Assembly: GCF_006345805.1 (NCBI RefSeq) | Contig: NC_043017.1 | Coordinates: 27,962,001-28,026,000, forward strand | DNA: 64,000 nt | Direction: 5' to 3' | Source of the DNA: Octopus sinensis | Lineage: Eukaryota | Part shown: positions 1 through 13,981 of the stretch, piece after piece | Numbering within the stretch: the stretch's first letter is position 1 | Layout: every line of letters begins with the position of its first letter | The notes under the pieces: model-generated | Told to the model about the DNA's origin: nothing | Database searches by the model: none | What the model saw: only the letters and a program-made list of their open reading frames with translations | Translations under genes and position numbers: made by a program

Positions 1-548
1 AAATGAAAGAAGGAAATTAGCAGTTTAGCTAACGTAACGTGATATTCACTCCGTTGGATGATTTATGTTGAATTTCCATTCTACTAAAACGATTTAGCTG
101 ACGCTGCACGAATGAATATACGCATGGCTTCCTTCAATCGTAAACCAGCGTTTCATTGGGTGTTCGATATTATTTGCAAGGGAGATTATCGGCCTGCTTT
201 GCAATTCATAAAATATCTAGAGAAATCGCAGGCACTGCTGTGTGACTAAGATATTCGTTTCTCATGTACACAATCTCTTGCAAATGGAGAGATTCAATGA
301 ATATTAATTAATTAATTAATTAATTAATCAATTAATTAATGAATCAATTGTAGGCGAGCTTAAAAATAATGCTTGATAGTTTCAAACTTAATAATAATAA
401 ATTGATCTTTTATAATATATTTCTTAAACCAGTGTATCTTGGATAAACATATCACTATATGAGGTCTAAATATCCTCATAGTGACAAATAAAAACTAATA
501 TATATATATACATATATATATACATACATACACAACACACATATGTAG

Positions 549-860
549 ATCCGACAATGGAACAGCCTGCTCGTGAATTTAACGTGTAAGTGACTGAGCA
601 TTCCACGGACACGTTTACCCTTAACGTAGTTCTAGGGGAGATTCAGCGTGACAAGGCTGGCTCTTTGAAACACAGATACAACAGAAACAGGAAGAAAGAG
701 TAAGAGAAAGTTGTGGTGAAAGAGTACAGCAGGTTGCGCCCCCTCCCATCGCTGGCGGATTCTCATGGAACTTTAAGTGTTTTCTCTCAATAAACGCTCA
801 CAACGCCCGGTCTGGGTATTGAAACCGCGAGTCCGCCGTCCTAAACATTGGGCCATTGCT
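549..860 (-). mobile_element. tRNA-derived SINE family B (diverged)
   Basis: Reverse match to 5032-5411. Confidence 0.85.
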
Positions 861-908
861 TCTCCTCTCTCTCTCTTTCTCTTTCTGTATATATATATAT
901 ATATATAC

Positions 909-1107
909 CTTATTTAAAAGCAGCGGAAATTCAACAAAAGCTGTTACTCGGAGTTTCACGTTCCTGTCCGACGAACGGGAACGGGAAACTCCGAGTAACA
1001 GCTTTCGTTGAATTTCTGCTGCTTTTAAATAAAGCATATTACTCTACTCCTGGTAATTGAGTACTCTTTTTTCCACCTTGTTTCACATTCATGTGTTTAC
1101 TCTGCTA
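909..1107 (+). mobile_element. Short (TA)n-inserted element (family D) with ~55-bp inverted arm and hammerhead-like motif
   Basis: 911-967 is nearly the reverse complement of 975-1032. Motif CTGT-CCGACGA-ACGGGAACGG-GAAAC-TCCGA-GTA-ACAG at 964-1001. Second copy at 54975-55128. (TA)n on both sides. Confidence 0.7.
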
Positions 1108-2009
1108 TAAATATATATATATATATATATATATACACGCACTACTTTTATTTTCACTTTCCGTCTATCAAATCCATTCACATCGCATTGGTCGGCCCGA
1201 GGTTGTTGTAGAAAGACACTTGCCCAAGATGCCATGCAGTGAGAGTGAACCCGAAACCCTGTGGTTGGGAAGTAAGCTTCGGTACAATCATCCTCCCCTG
1301 CTATGTACAAACTTTAATAGTCTTTCACTTCTTTCGTTTGTCCAATCATCATAATTCTCTTATTATTATTATTATTATTATTATTATATTATTGTTAGTC
1401 TAAATGTAAAACATCAATTTTTATACTCAAACACTTTAATTAGACGACAAATTTTAAGAATTTAAACTTTTTAATTTTATCGTAATCGCTTGGTGATTTG
1501 TTTTGACATATTCCATTTTGTTTAGAGCCATAAATTAGCATAAAGCACTATAGGAATATATGAATAAATTTAATTAACAATATTAAAATTTAAAACAAAA
1601 TACAATTGATAATTTGTCATCGCACAAAATAATATTTATTTGTTATGTGCATGCGTGTCACTATACTTGAATAGCAGTACGTGTGCAGATCTAAATGTGA
1701 AAAATTGTAAATGCGTCCAAACAAAAGTACGTATTTGCGTACGTATTTTTATGTGTATACACGTGAAATTCGAATGATTTGAATAATTGCAAGCAAGAAA
1801 ATCAGAGTAAGGAATTAAAAGTTTCCCCTGTATCTATACATACGTAGTTATAAAACTACCTGCCAACCAATCTACCTACCTCCTTGGCTACAAAACGCAG
1901 AGGATTAGTAGAATGGATCCTTAGAAATTTCACAACGGATGAACAGGAAACTATGATAGTCCCTTGAGGGACATTTGTCCTTGTCTTTTAGATCATTGTT
2001 TCCAACTAT

Positions 2010-2372
2010 GTTCACCACATAGCGTAAAATTTACGGCGGAACGCGAAGCAATTCAGCGAAGCAGCACAATTGTTCCGTGACGGTCCACCAAGATCAGTTC
2101 ATGGATTTTCATATTTTCGTTCGTTCGGGAGGTTCTCTTCTCTATCTCTTTTACTTGTTTCAGTCATTTGACTGCGGCCATGCTGGAGCACCGCCTTTTA
2201 GTCGAGCAAATCGACCCCCGGGACTTATCCTTTGTAAACCCAGTACTTATTCTATCGGTCTCTTTTGCCGAACCGCTAAGTGACGGGGACGTAAACACAC
2301 CAGCATCGGTTGTCAAGCAATGCTAGAGAGACAAACACAGACACACAAACACACACACATGCATATATATAT

Positions 2373-2403
<31 letters not shown>

Positions 2404-2742
2404 TATACGGCAGGCTTCTTTCAGTTTCCGTCTACCAAATCCACTAACAAGGTATTTGTCGGCCCGGGGCTATAGCAGAAGACACTTGCTCAAGGTGCCA
2501 CGCAGTGGGACTGAACCCGGAACCATGTGTTGGGTTAGCAATCTACTTACCACACAGCCACTCCTGCGCCTAGGTCGATGGTCGTCCTGAACGAGACTGG
2601 TCTTCAAGCGACATGTGACCATTCCTGAAGCCTGGAAACCTCTAGTAAACATGTGATTTACTCATAGCTGCATGTTTCGGCCTCCGTTTGTCCCAGTAGA
2701 AAACAATTTCACAGAAGCATGCTCTTCCTTCGTTTCAGCCAT
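2010..2742 (-). pseudogene. Mariner transposase N-terminal fossil interrupted by a SINE
   Basis: Minus strand MAETKEEHASVK...AMSKSHVY*RFPGFRNGHMSLEDQSRSGRPST, continuing past the SINE as TSRTNENMKIHELILVDRHGTI. This is the mariner HTH/EDxxRSGRPST signature. Confidence 0.75.
2134..2572 (-). mobile_element. tRNA-derived SINE family A (internal TA/CA microsatellite)
   Basis: Head GGCGCAGGAGTGGCTGTGTGG (A box)..GGTTCAGTCCC (B box), tail ..GACTGAAACAAGTAAAAGAG. More than 14 copies in the window. Confidence 0.9.
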
Positions 2743-2956
2743 TTCAAGAATCGATGAAGAGGAGTGAAGTACTGCAAAACAAAGACGCACCACGTTGCAG
2801 TAAGGATTCAGTCGTCGACGCCGATCAGCAAACTGATGCCTGTGGTCGATCCAAAGGGATTCTAGCCTGAACTATAACGGGTTTGTCCCGCAGAGAATGT
2901 TTCCGGTTACTTATAAGTACCCTCTCGTGATCCCTGACGTGCTTCTATTTTACAAC

Positions 2957-3513
2957 GAAATATTATTCCAATCCCAGGGCAAAAAATGCGTATACTCCTT
3001 ATAGCAGTTTACGAAGACAATCTTTGAAATGATAAATTGTCCAATCTTTAAAAAGAAAAATTACAAATTTAGCAGTCCGTGGATATCCATCTAAACTTCA
3101 GCCATTGAAAGTAATTTTTCGTGATACTTTACCTGAAAAATATTATTCCAATCCCACTGCAGAAATATGCGTATACTCCTTATATCAGTTTACGAAGACA
3201 ATCTTTGAAATGATAAATTGTCCAATCTTAAAAAAGAAAAATTACAAATTTAGCAGTCCGTGGATATCCATCTAAACTTTAGCCAATGAAGGTAATTTCT
3301 CGCGATAGCTTACCTTTTAAAATATTATTCCAATCCCACAGCAGAAATGTGCGTATACTCCTTATAGCGGTTTACGAAAACAGTCTTTGAAATGATAAAT
3401 TGTCCAAACTTTAAAACGAAAAATTACCAATTTAGCATTCCGTGGATATCCATCTAAACTTCAGTCAATGAAGGTAATTTTTCGTGATAGCTTACCTGTT
3501 AAAATATATTATT
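2957..3513. repeat. Tandem array, 3 x ~180 bp
   Basis: AATATTATTCCAATCCC recurs at 2959, 3139 and 3321. Units are closely similar with scattered substitutions. Confidence 0.92.
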
Positions 3514-4024
3514 CAAATCAGTCCCCAAACGTAGCAAATATTTAAGCAACTGAGAGATTTTGAATAACAAACTCCACTGCCATATTTTAATGAAGAGGCA
3601 CTGTAGCAAAATATTTATTGCGCTCTGTAGTTAAACTCTGGAACACGTATTTGCAAACCAAATTTCTTAACCAAAGATCCGTGCCATTTCGCTATAGCTG
3701 CATTATATATATATATAGTTCAGTGACACAGACGCAACTGGAAGCTAAAATGATTTAGTAAGTTACATTGTAGCTCTATGATGAATATCGATGAACGCTT
3801 AGCTTACAAGTTTGCGACATGAGATGAATTTTTAACTTACAGATAACTTCGAACAGTAAGTGAGCAAAAAAAAAAAGGGTCAAAATAAGATTGCAGTTAA
3901 CTTGAAGACATTGAATAACCTTTACACTATAGAATTCCTTCGATTCAAGAAATAAATACTTCGTTGCACTGTCATAAACATTACAGGATGCCTTTTCAAA
4001 TTTGTTGAAATGCAATCAATTGAA

Positions 4025-4055
<31 letters not shown>

Positions 4056-4347
4056 ATCAGTTGATACAGAATTCTAAAGCTTTGACCAAAAAGCTGTAGA
4101 GATATATGCTACCGTTATTCCGATGTATAATTAAAAGTAGTATGCTCTGGTAAGCTTCATGCGAGAGAGGAGGTGGTAATATTTTGCCATACTTTGCTTC
4201 TTTTTTTATTGTCAATGAATGAATAGAAATCGGAAAATTCATGGCAACAGGTATATATATTCTCTTATCTCTCTGTGTTCGTATACAAACACACACACAC
4301 ACACGCACACCAATTGCACTTCTATATATGTGTGTATGCATGTATAA

Positions 4348-4380
<33 letters not shown>

Positions 4381-5031
4381 TATATATGTGTATGCATGTA
4401 TGTATTTATATATATATAGAGAGAGAGGGATATATATATATATATAAAGAGAGAGAGGGATAGAGAGATAGATAGATAGATAGATAGATATATTGGCCGT
4501 CATCAGAGTGAAAGATTTACTTAAAAAATATTAAATAAAAACAACCACAGGTGTAATTTCTTTGTTTAGTATTAACGACTTTATTTCTCACCTGCCTGTC
4601 AGACAATTCTTGATGTTGCAGCTATAAATTTCAAAATTCATCTTTGTCACGTATTCAGATATCTAACACTCGTCACTGGAATATTTTTTCGCTTGCATCG
4701 TTATAGTTTTCAGTAGCCGTCCTAGAGTTCCTTAAATTTTCCGCCGGTACCGTCAGTACTTTAGTATAGTCTATTTAGGTGGGGACATTCTATAAAGCAT
4801 TGGATTATTTTCACATTTAGACTTCTTTAATGGTGTTTGGTATATTCAGGTATAAGTTTACTTTGTTTAAAATGTCTGATATATCAGAGAGATATGAAAG
4901 TGTTTTTTCGAGCCATTAAAACAGCAGAAAACGTACAGTTTTTAACTTATCCAGGCAACTATATTTTCTGTTTGATAAACCATTTTTCTTCACAAGCTTC
5001 GCGCGTGACATATATGTATATATGTGAACGT

Positions 5032-5411
5032 GTGGAGGCGCAATGGCCCAGTGGTTAGGGCAGCGGACTCGCGGTCATAGGATCGCGGTTTCGATCCCAG
5101 ACGGGCGTGTGAGTGAGTTTTATTGAGCGAAAGCACCTAAAGCTCCACGAGGCTCGGCAGGGAATGGTGGTGACCTGCTCTACTCTTCACCACAACTTTC
5201 TCTCACTCTTATTTCCTGTTTGGGTTGTACCTGTATTTCAAAGGGCCGGCCTTGTCACTCTCTGTGTCACGCTGAATATCCCCGAGAACTACGTTAAGGG
5301 TACACGTGTCTGTGGAGTGCTCAGCCACTTACACGTTAATTTCACGAGCAGGCTGTTCCGTTGATTCGGATCAACCGGAACCCTCGTCGTCGTAACCGAC
5401 GGAGTGCTTCC
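5032..5411 (+). mobile_element. SINE family B, full length with 12-bp TSD
   Basis: Head GGAGGCGCAATGGCCCAGTGGTTAGGG..GGTTTCGATCCC. TSD ATATGTGAACGT at 5020-5031 and 5412-5423. Confidence 0.92.
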
Positions 5412-5666
5412 ATATGTGAACGTAGGAGTTGCAGGAAATTCCGAAGCCGTCTGGAGGTCATGGTTGAAGACACTGGCGATTTTATTGAATAATTTTTCTA
5501 ATCTTTCAAGATATTTTTATGTAATTTTGGTAAATATATCTGTTAAAGCAAGATGTCAGTGTTATTTTTATTTTTGCGTAATATATACGACAGTCTATTC
5601 ACCGCACCCTATAGGTATATATATATATATATATGAAAGAGAAAGAGGTAGATGTATAGAAAGACA

Positions 5667-5882
5667 GGCAGAAACGTTAGCACGCTGGGCGAAATGCTTA
5701 GCGGTATTTCGTCTGTTGTTACGTTCTGAGTTCAATTTCCGCCGAGGTCGACTTTGCCTTTCATCCTTTCGGGGTCGATAAATAAAGTATCAGTTTCACA
5801 CTGGGGTCGATGCAATCGACTTAATCCCTTTATCTGTCCTTGTTTGTCCCCTCTATGTTTAGCCCCTCGTGGGTAAAGAAAT
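5667..5882 (+). mobile_element. SINE family C (monomer)
   Basis: GGCAGAAACGTTAGCACG..GAGTTCAA..GTCGACTTTGCCTTTCATCCTTTCGGGGTCGATAAATAAAGTA..GGTAAAGAAATA. Further copies at 26660-26857(-), 27515-27722(-), 36525-36690(+) and 39840-39978(-). Confidence 0.88.
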
Positions 5883-6202
5883 ATATATATATATCTCTGT
5901 GTGTAAAATATAAATAAAATAATCATATATAAATATATATATATATACATATGTGTATATATGTATGAATATATACAGAAGATATGGACATATACAGTTA
6001 AATACATATGTAAGTATGTAACTGTATTTATGCATGTTGATGTTTACATGCCGGGTTGTGTTGTTAAAAAGTTTGCAAAGCAATCACCTCCTTTTGAGTT
6101 CAGTCCCACTAGGAAGCCGACCAATGCATGGAGTTTGAACCTGGTAGATTGAAACACTTGTGAGAGACCGTCGTATAGGTGTGTTTGTTCGCGTTTTGTG
6201 TA

Positions 6203-6239
<37 letters not shown>

Positions 6240-6635
6240 ATGTGGTTGTGAGTGACTGTGTGATATGTGTGTGTGTGTGTGCATGTTTTTCTATGTCTGA
6301 GCGTGTGTATATTTGCCTTACTTGAGCTCAGCAACAAGCATTCTTTTGTTGTCTTGCTTGTAAGACTGTCATTCGACAATCGTTCCATTGAATATGTTCC
6401 AGATTTTACTGAGACTTAATTACCTCTTTAAATTCTCTGCTCCAGCATGGTCGCAATCCATGGTCTTGAAGGAATAACACACACACATACACTTACGCAC
6501 ACACACATACATACATACACATTTAGCGAATCGCTAGATAGATTAACAGAGAGGTAGACACACAAACATGTAGATGGATAGATAAATAAATAGATACATA
6601 AATAGATAAATAGACAGATATATAGGCAGACACAG

Positions 6636-6666
<31 letters not shown>

Positions 6667-6849
6667 CAGATAAATAGATTGGTATGCAACATATGGCTAA
6701 AGTGTAAGTAAAGACAAATTATAGCTTTCAGCTAAACTAATTATTGGACATGCGGATTAGTTAATATATGTTATGGAAATGGGAAATATAAAATATATCT
6801 ATATTTATTAACACTATATGGATGTAAAAGAAATGTCAATGTTTCTAAG

Positions 6850-7124
6850 AATAAAATGCCTTTAAAATACAAAAATAACCAAAGAATATTATATAATCGC
6901 TCTAGACAATGCTTACAATAATATTGCATTCTTTTATAAAATGTTTCCTATTGAAACACCTTTTCCAAGAAGCTAGAATAGACGCAAATTCTACAATCAA
7001 TACATCAATTCATATGAAATAAACAAAAAAAGAATGCTAAAGAGGCAACATAAAAATCCAAAATACAATATAAACTCAACAAGATTTAATTAAATAATGG
7101 AATGGAATATTATATATATATATA

Positions 7125-7184
<60 letters not shown>

Positions 7185-7400
7185 GTAGTGTGTGTGTGTG
7201 TGTGTATGTATGTATATGTATAATATATATATATATCCACACACATTTATATATATACATACATATATATATATATATATATATGTCTGTGTGTATGTAT
7301 GTATGTATGTATATATATCAACACATATATATAACATATATATATATATATACACCACATATATATATATATACATATATATATATAGATATACACACAC

Positions 7401-7433
<33 letters not shown>

Positions 7434-7618
7434 CAACACCATATATATATATATACTACATATATATATATATATGTATGTATGTATGTGTATATATATA
7501 TATGTTTTAATCTTTTATTTTTCTTTATGCTTATGTATATGCGTGTACGTGTGTGTCTTTATAAACATATGTTTATATATATATTGTATATAGATAATAT
7601 ATATAATATATATATACA

Positions 7619-7651
<33 letters not shown>

Positions 7652-8131
7652 TGTATGTATGTATGTATGTATGTATGTATGTATGTTTTATATATATAAA
7701 GACAGATACGAAATATCTAACACAAAAAGCCATTTAAATCTCTTAGCTTTTCCGATCACCAGTTTATTAAAAATAATATAAAGAATGTGAAAGTCTGTCT
7801 TGTTAAAAACAAATATTTCTCTAAAGTAAATACATTCTGGATTATTGACAACGTAAATACAATTATAAAGGCATTAGACAATTTAAACAAAACTAAGATG
7901 GCGAATAGTGATTCAACGAAGCTTTATTGAAAACACTTAGTAAATAAATATAAAGAACTAATGAAGGACGCAGTAGAATTCTAATTTCAAGTTTAGGACT
8001 ATGTAAGAACTTTAAAACTAAATTTTCTGATGAAAAATATGCTAGATTTTTATTAGAATTATATATTATTTTATGAATACATACATATGTACATACGAGT
8101 GTGTATGTATGTGTATGTATGTATATCTATA

Positions 8132-8175
<44 letters not shown>

Positions 8176-8530
8176 CCACTTTCGGATTATAAAGTGAGGG
8201 TATATAATGAACACGGTTGTAAGTTATAATATTCGTAATATTTAAATCTAATTTATTATCTAAACTAAAACGAGACATTTATTTTCATATATTGATCACC
8301 GAAAATCACACAGCTATCTGCAAGTAAAAATCTCGGAACCTTCAGAAATAAAGTTGGATACAGTTATTTGGAAATTTTACAAGATTTACCAATTTTTTCA
8401 CCGGAGTGGTAAAACTATTAAAACCATATATAAATTATTATATAATGAATTAAAGAGTTAAATGTTCCATATAAAACAAATAACAGTTGAAATATATCAT
8501 AACTGATGATGCACGATTTGCATAAAACTG
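6850..8530 (+). pseudogene. Heavily decayed PLE RT fossil, probably Naiad-type, split by microsatellites
   Basis: Ordered peptides EYYIIALDNAYNNIAFFYK (~6880-6940), RYEISNTK..PITSLLKII, KNKYFSKVNTFWIIDN..IIKALDNLNKTKMANS (~7805-7910), ELMKDAVEF, YARFL, NFHFRII, VGYSYLEI. These resemble, from memory, VPxDKAxNNIA / GVNxFWIIxN / LNxxxxAKSIST of N-terminal-EN PLEs. Catalytic motifs are lost. Confidence 0.5.
7110..7698. repeat. Compound (TA)/(CA)/(TATG)n microsatellite
   Basis: Direct reading. Confidence 0.95.
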
Positions 8531-10207
8531 CTAAAACTGGCTCAAAAGAAAACAGATCAGGGAGGCAATGGCTGCACTAATAAATCAATGTGAAACGGAT
8601 TTTATAAAAATCGCAATATATAAGAACCAAAAACAAAACTAAAACATTTTAATTATTAATAATCGAATATCGTACATGATTCTAGCTGAAGTAATAAACT
8701 TGTGTTGAACCACTAGAATGCTCAAGCAGTCACGCATAGCAAAAAAACAGACAACTAATTACAGGAACTAATTAACAGAAATTGTAGTCTAAATAGTAAT
8801 TAAGTTTACAGGACAACGCATAATGCATCCATGTAAGTATCGCCTAAATGTTAACATATCATGATTTTCAGACACAACTATATGACATATAATCACTTGA
8901 ATCAACCAAACATAAATATATATTCAAACGAATATGATATTAGCAAAAGGGAATCAGAAATATGTATGTATGTATGTATGTAGTATACATACATGGCAGT
9001 GGCTGCCCCCTCGTTATCGAATATGGCCATAGTACGAAGCTTGATCAATGTTGTTATCGTGCAATGCCTGTGCAAAAAGATTTTTTTAAAGTGAGGAAAG
9101 TCTATGCACTGAGTCAATCCCACTCATTAAGCAACAGCAGCCATAAGCCGAAAAGAAGAACAAGTCAACATCATCGGTAACCACTGAGCCGCAGGTTTTA
9201 TGTCGGAGTTATCCCAGCTACCTGAGTCACCTTGTCCTAGAAGGATGTCCTAACAAAGGTTAGGAGTCCTTCACTCCCAATGATTTAACCGCGCGAACGA
9301 GTATTCAGTCCGATTATTTCTATGTCCCCGCGCATGATACAGCCTCAAGACAGTTACTGGATAGCCGTTGACTCGCAAGAGTTCCTTCGCCCTTTGACGG
9401 GTTTTGTTTTTCATCCCGTAGGGTGTCCAATAAACACCCTCCTCACCAAGCAAGCTTGGTGGGGTTGCCGGTTTAGTCGCCAACGACCCAACCATGCAAC
9501 AGGTTGTACTGGGTTACATGTTACCAGTAGCACTCGAAAGTGACTTGACATATTCATACATACATACATATACATATATATATATGTATTTGCGTTTGTA
9601 ATCGTATATACAAGTATGTGTGTGTACGTGCGTGCTAATGTATATATAAGTGCGTATGTGCTTCTATATAATCATGGTAAACGCTGCTTTATATAACGAA
9701 CCATTTGCAATAAAATTATAAATTGTGCTTCCGATGAAGAGTGTTCCATAAAAAAACTCCGAGATTGAGATCAGTATTTCGTACGATATGGCTGAACTCT
9801 TCTATACAATGTGCTACATGATCATAGCTTCATCCCAGTTCCTGAAACCACCAACAGAGAAAGTATTTTCTAATTTATCATCTATCCTTCAGTTTCTTGC
9901 CAAATTACGTGTTCCTGTTAATGTTTGTGTCGAATAATTCCTATATGTAACACTTCTGTTTCTTATTTGTGACATGTTCAGGATCATTAGTTTTTTACCT
10001 AGAAAATCCGTATAAAAGTGATATGCTCAATCGCTCTACATGTTTTTATACAGATATATGCATATTTCTGTATGGCTTTATATACATACATATATATATA
10101 ACTTATAAATAAGGGCAAACGAAAAATTTCTAATGCCAAATATGCCGAAATTAGACACCCTCTCCATAACCATATCATTTTTCACAATACGCACGCTACT
10201 CAAAAAA

Positions 10208-10241
<34 letters not shown>

Positions 10242-11104
10242 GCATTTGTCATGTACATGAATTCGTGCATATGTGTATCTCTCTCTCTCTGTTTGTGTGT
10301 ATGTAAATATGTGTGTGTATACATGTGTGTATTCATAAATATTTTAATTATATTTGTCAAACACGAGCACACTCATTCATATGAATTACCTGTCAATACG
10401 CATACAAGTAAATCCTGGGATAAAAATATTGAGAGACAGACACGTACTTGTAGTCTGCAAATTACACACTATTACATTGAAACTGGAGTGACTCTACATA
10501 TATTAAATCATCAGGTATGAAATACCGAGTACTAGACAAGATGGTCACGATTGGAATGCCTATTGTCATATTTTGTCATCGGTCACAGCTGATATGCAAA
10601 CAAGTATAGACAAACCAAGATTTATAAGCAGTTAAATCGAGTCTGAAAACAGATCCATATTTAAGAAAATATTCTTTTGTGAATATTATAAAAATAAAAT
10701 TGAAATTTCTTGCTGTTGATTCCTCGGGCGAGATTTGATTCGGATTGAGATTTGATAACGTAAATGATATTCTTTGACTCACATTTTTTTTTCTATGTGT
10801 TCAATTCAATTTCAATGACTACTTTATTTCGGGGGCGAAATATGACAAAAATGAAATATCGATTAGAGACAGGTAACTAGACACATAATTACCGCAATTA
10901 CTATTTCATAGCCGATATATGAATGACCGATGATGGTAGGCTGAAATAAATATATATATATATATATATATTTATAAAGCAAACAAATATATATTTATTA
11001 TGGTAAATTCTATATATAGTTCACTTTGAATGTTTTCGAATATAATATTTGACATTTCTCAAATTTCTTTCTCCCATTAATATAATATATTATATTATGT
11101 TGTA

Positions 11105-11405
11105 TACATCATGCAGATGATGTGGCGCTCAAGCAGCGTTGGAAAAAATAGAGCTTGAGTTTTTCTAGTCTGCCCCGATTTTCAAGGCCGGTCATGCCAT
11201 CTATCTTTTGCGTAATTGACCTTTGAAGTTCTTCAATTCTCATGACGCTTTGTTTCGTGTTGGGAGACCTCACTGGACAAAAGTGTTCAAGGTGGGGTCG
11301 GGCAAAAGTAGATAAGAGAAGAATAATAGTTTGGATATATCTCGACTGGAATGTTCTGAGAATCCAGGAACACATTCTGGGGGTCATGTCAACCTTGCTG
11401 TTATA
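11105..11405 (-). mobile_element. CR1/L2-clade LINE ORF2 C-terminal fragment
   Basis: WILRTF..STFARPHLEH.CPVRSP..IEELQR..T..I.G..RLEKLKL matches the CR1/L2 post-RT motif RPxLEY..VWSP..LExVQR. Confidence 0.8.
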
Positions 11406-11504
11406 CGAGAGACGCAGCTTATGATGTTGTTCGCAATTATTTGCAAGTCTTACATGTTTATATATATTGTGTACATATGTATATACATATATACATGTAT
11501 ATTA

Positions 11505-11539
<35 letters not shown>

Positions 11540-11820
11540 ATGCCCTAACCACTGGGCCATTGCGCCTCCACTAAAGATGTATATGTATGTATATGTATGT
11601 ATGTATATGTATATGTATGTATATGTATATGTATGTATATGTATATATATATATGTATATGTATATATATATGTATTTATTTTATTATATATGCAAAACA
11701 GCTCCACTGAGGAATCCACGTAAGCTTAAATAATAAACTGCGATAGGTGAACAGCGATATCGCTACGGATGACTGTATATATTTATGTAAATATATATAT
11801 GTGTGTCTGTGTGTGTGTGT

Positions 11821-12102
11821 GAGGCACAATGCCCAGTGGTTAGGGCAGTGACTCGCGGTCGGATGATCGCGGTTTCGATTCCCAGACCGGGCGTTGTGTG
11901 TGTTTATTGAGCGAAATCACCACGAGGCTTCAAGCAGGGGGTGGTGGCGACCCCTGTTGTACTCTGTCGTCCCAACTTTCTCTCACTCTTTCTTCCAGTT
12001 TCTTGAGTAACGCTGCGATGAACGAGCGTCCCCCCCCCCAGCAGGGGGGAACACATACGCCACAGAAACCGTGAGCCTGGCTAGGCTTGAAAAGGGTGAA
12101 AA
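11821..12102 (+). mobile_element. SINE family B head with alternative tail
   Basis: Family B head up to ..ACTTTCTCTCACTCTT, then an unrelated 3' part. Confidence 0.8.
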
Positions 12103-12253
12103 GTATATATATATACATTTGTACATTATATATAGACATACATATATACTCATATATATATATATATATATAATTATACATTGTTTTATTTATATATATA
12201 ATTGTATATATAATTGTATACATAAAATATGTATATATATATATGTATGTGTG

Positions 12254-12292
<39 letters not shown>

Positions 12293-12829
12293 ACTTATAT
12301 GTGTACGTGTGCATATTTATAAGTCAGTATTATTTTCATACAGTACACAGACGTCTTTATTTTGTTTTCCATGTGAATTTTTTTTTTTTGTGAATGTACG
12401 TCTCAAATTAATAGATATCACGAGAATGTATTAATAAAATTGACAGATTTAGAAATTGTCATATATATTTAGTATACTAAACAAGATTCCAGAAATTTAG
12501 AATAGAAATCAATAGTAAATAATATATATTCGTCTTTTGTTTTGTCTTTGGTATTTCACCTAATTTTGTTGTTTTGAGATTTTTACGCATAAATTTTATT
12601 TGCATTCAATACCAATAAAATGAAACAAAAAATACAATAGTACGATATGTAATATTAGGAATATAAGTATATTAGACTTCATCTCATTTTACGCCCCTCA
12701 TGCATACATACATACATACGTACGTTTGTATGTCTGTGTGTGCTAGCCTTTATACATACATACATACATACATACATACATACATACGTACGTACGTACG
12801 TATGTATGTGTGTGTTGTGTGTGTGTATG

Positions 12830-12886
<57 letters not shown>

Positions 12887-13159
12887 GCGCATGTCTATAT
12901 ATCTGTGCGAATATAATTATATACAAATGTATCCACATGTTAATCTGTATATACGTATATGCATATTAACATTCCCGTACACAGGGCGACGCATTTATTA
13001 CATATAAGTTCCACATAATGAAATTATTGAGATTCATCTTTATTAAATAAACCAGTCAGCAATATGACAATCGCCAAAATATAACATGTTTTATGCTGAT
13101 ATACGTCTCATATATTTCAAAATTACAATGCAGATGTCTATTAGTAATATTGTCTAAAT

Positions 13160-13710
13160 AAGTTCAATAAAAATGCCCGTCATATTCATGTTATTAAAAT
13201 TTATCCTACGCGGTTCATTTTTTAGAACCTGTTAAAGACATTCCTTTTATGTTATGTCTTTGATCGGTTATGCATTTTTAAATATTATTAGTTGGGGGTT
13301 TTTCATTTTAAAGATTGCTGTTATGTTTTTTGTATAGAGATATTAGAGATTGCGTCGTTTCAATTCTGGATGGCTTATATACACTGCAAATGTCTAGATC
13401 TTCAGTAACAAGAATAAGAAACACTGGTTTCAAATTTTGGCAAAATCGACCCCCAATGCAAAATTGCTACTTATTTTGTCGACCTTGAAAGAATGAAATG
13501 CAACGTCAACATTAGCGGAATTTGAACTCAGAAAATAAAGACGAACAAAATGCGGCTAAATATATTTTCGCTTTACTACCCACAAGGGGCTAAACATAGA
13601 GGGGACAAACAAGGACAGACAAACGGATTACGTCGATTACATCGACCCCAGTGTGAAACTGGTACTTTATTGATCGACCCCGAAAGGATGAAAGTCAAGG
13701 TCGACCTCGG
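13160..13710 (+). repeat. ~550-bp dispersed direct duplication (other copy 24612-25159)
   Basis: AAGTTCAATAAAAATGCCCG..AGAACCTGTTAAAGACATTCC.. is colinear in both copies, including embedded SINE C remnants. Confidence 0.88.
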
Positions 13711-13981
13711 CGGAATTTGAACTCAGAACGTAACGATAGACGAAATACCTGTTTCTTTATTACCCACAAGAGGCTCAACATAGAGAGGACAAACAAGGAC
13801 AGACAAACGGATTAAGTCAATTACTTCGACCCCACTGCGTAACTGGTATTTTATTTATCGACTCCGAAAGGACGAAAGGCAAAGTCGACCTCGGCGAAGT
13901 TTGAACTTAAAACGTAACGACAGACGAAATACCGCTAAGCATTTCGCCCGGCGCGCTAACGTTTCTGCCAGCTCACCGCCT
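13565..13981 (-). mobile_element. SINE family C head-to-tail dimer
   Basis: Two units joined at (minus strand) AAAGAAACA|GGTATTTC near 13750. Confidence 0.85.

Noticed and set aside
9180-9548. GC-richer block resembling an RTE-type LINE 5' UTR on the minus strand
   Set aside because: Single copy in the window with no adjoining ORF. The resemblance is from memory only.
9726-9776. CCGATGA-A-GAGT...ACTC-C-GAGAT, a hammerhead-like remnant
   Set aside because: GAAA is broken, stems I and III are weak, and it is single-copy here. Too degenerate to call.
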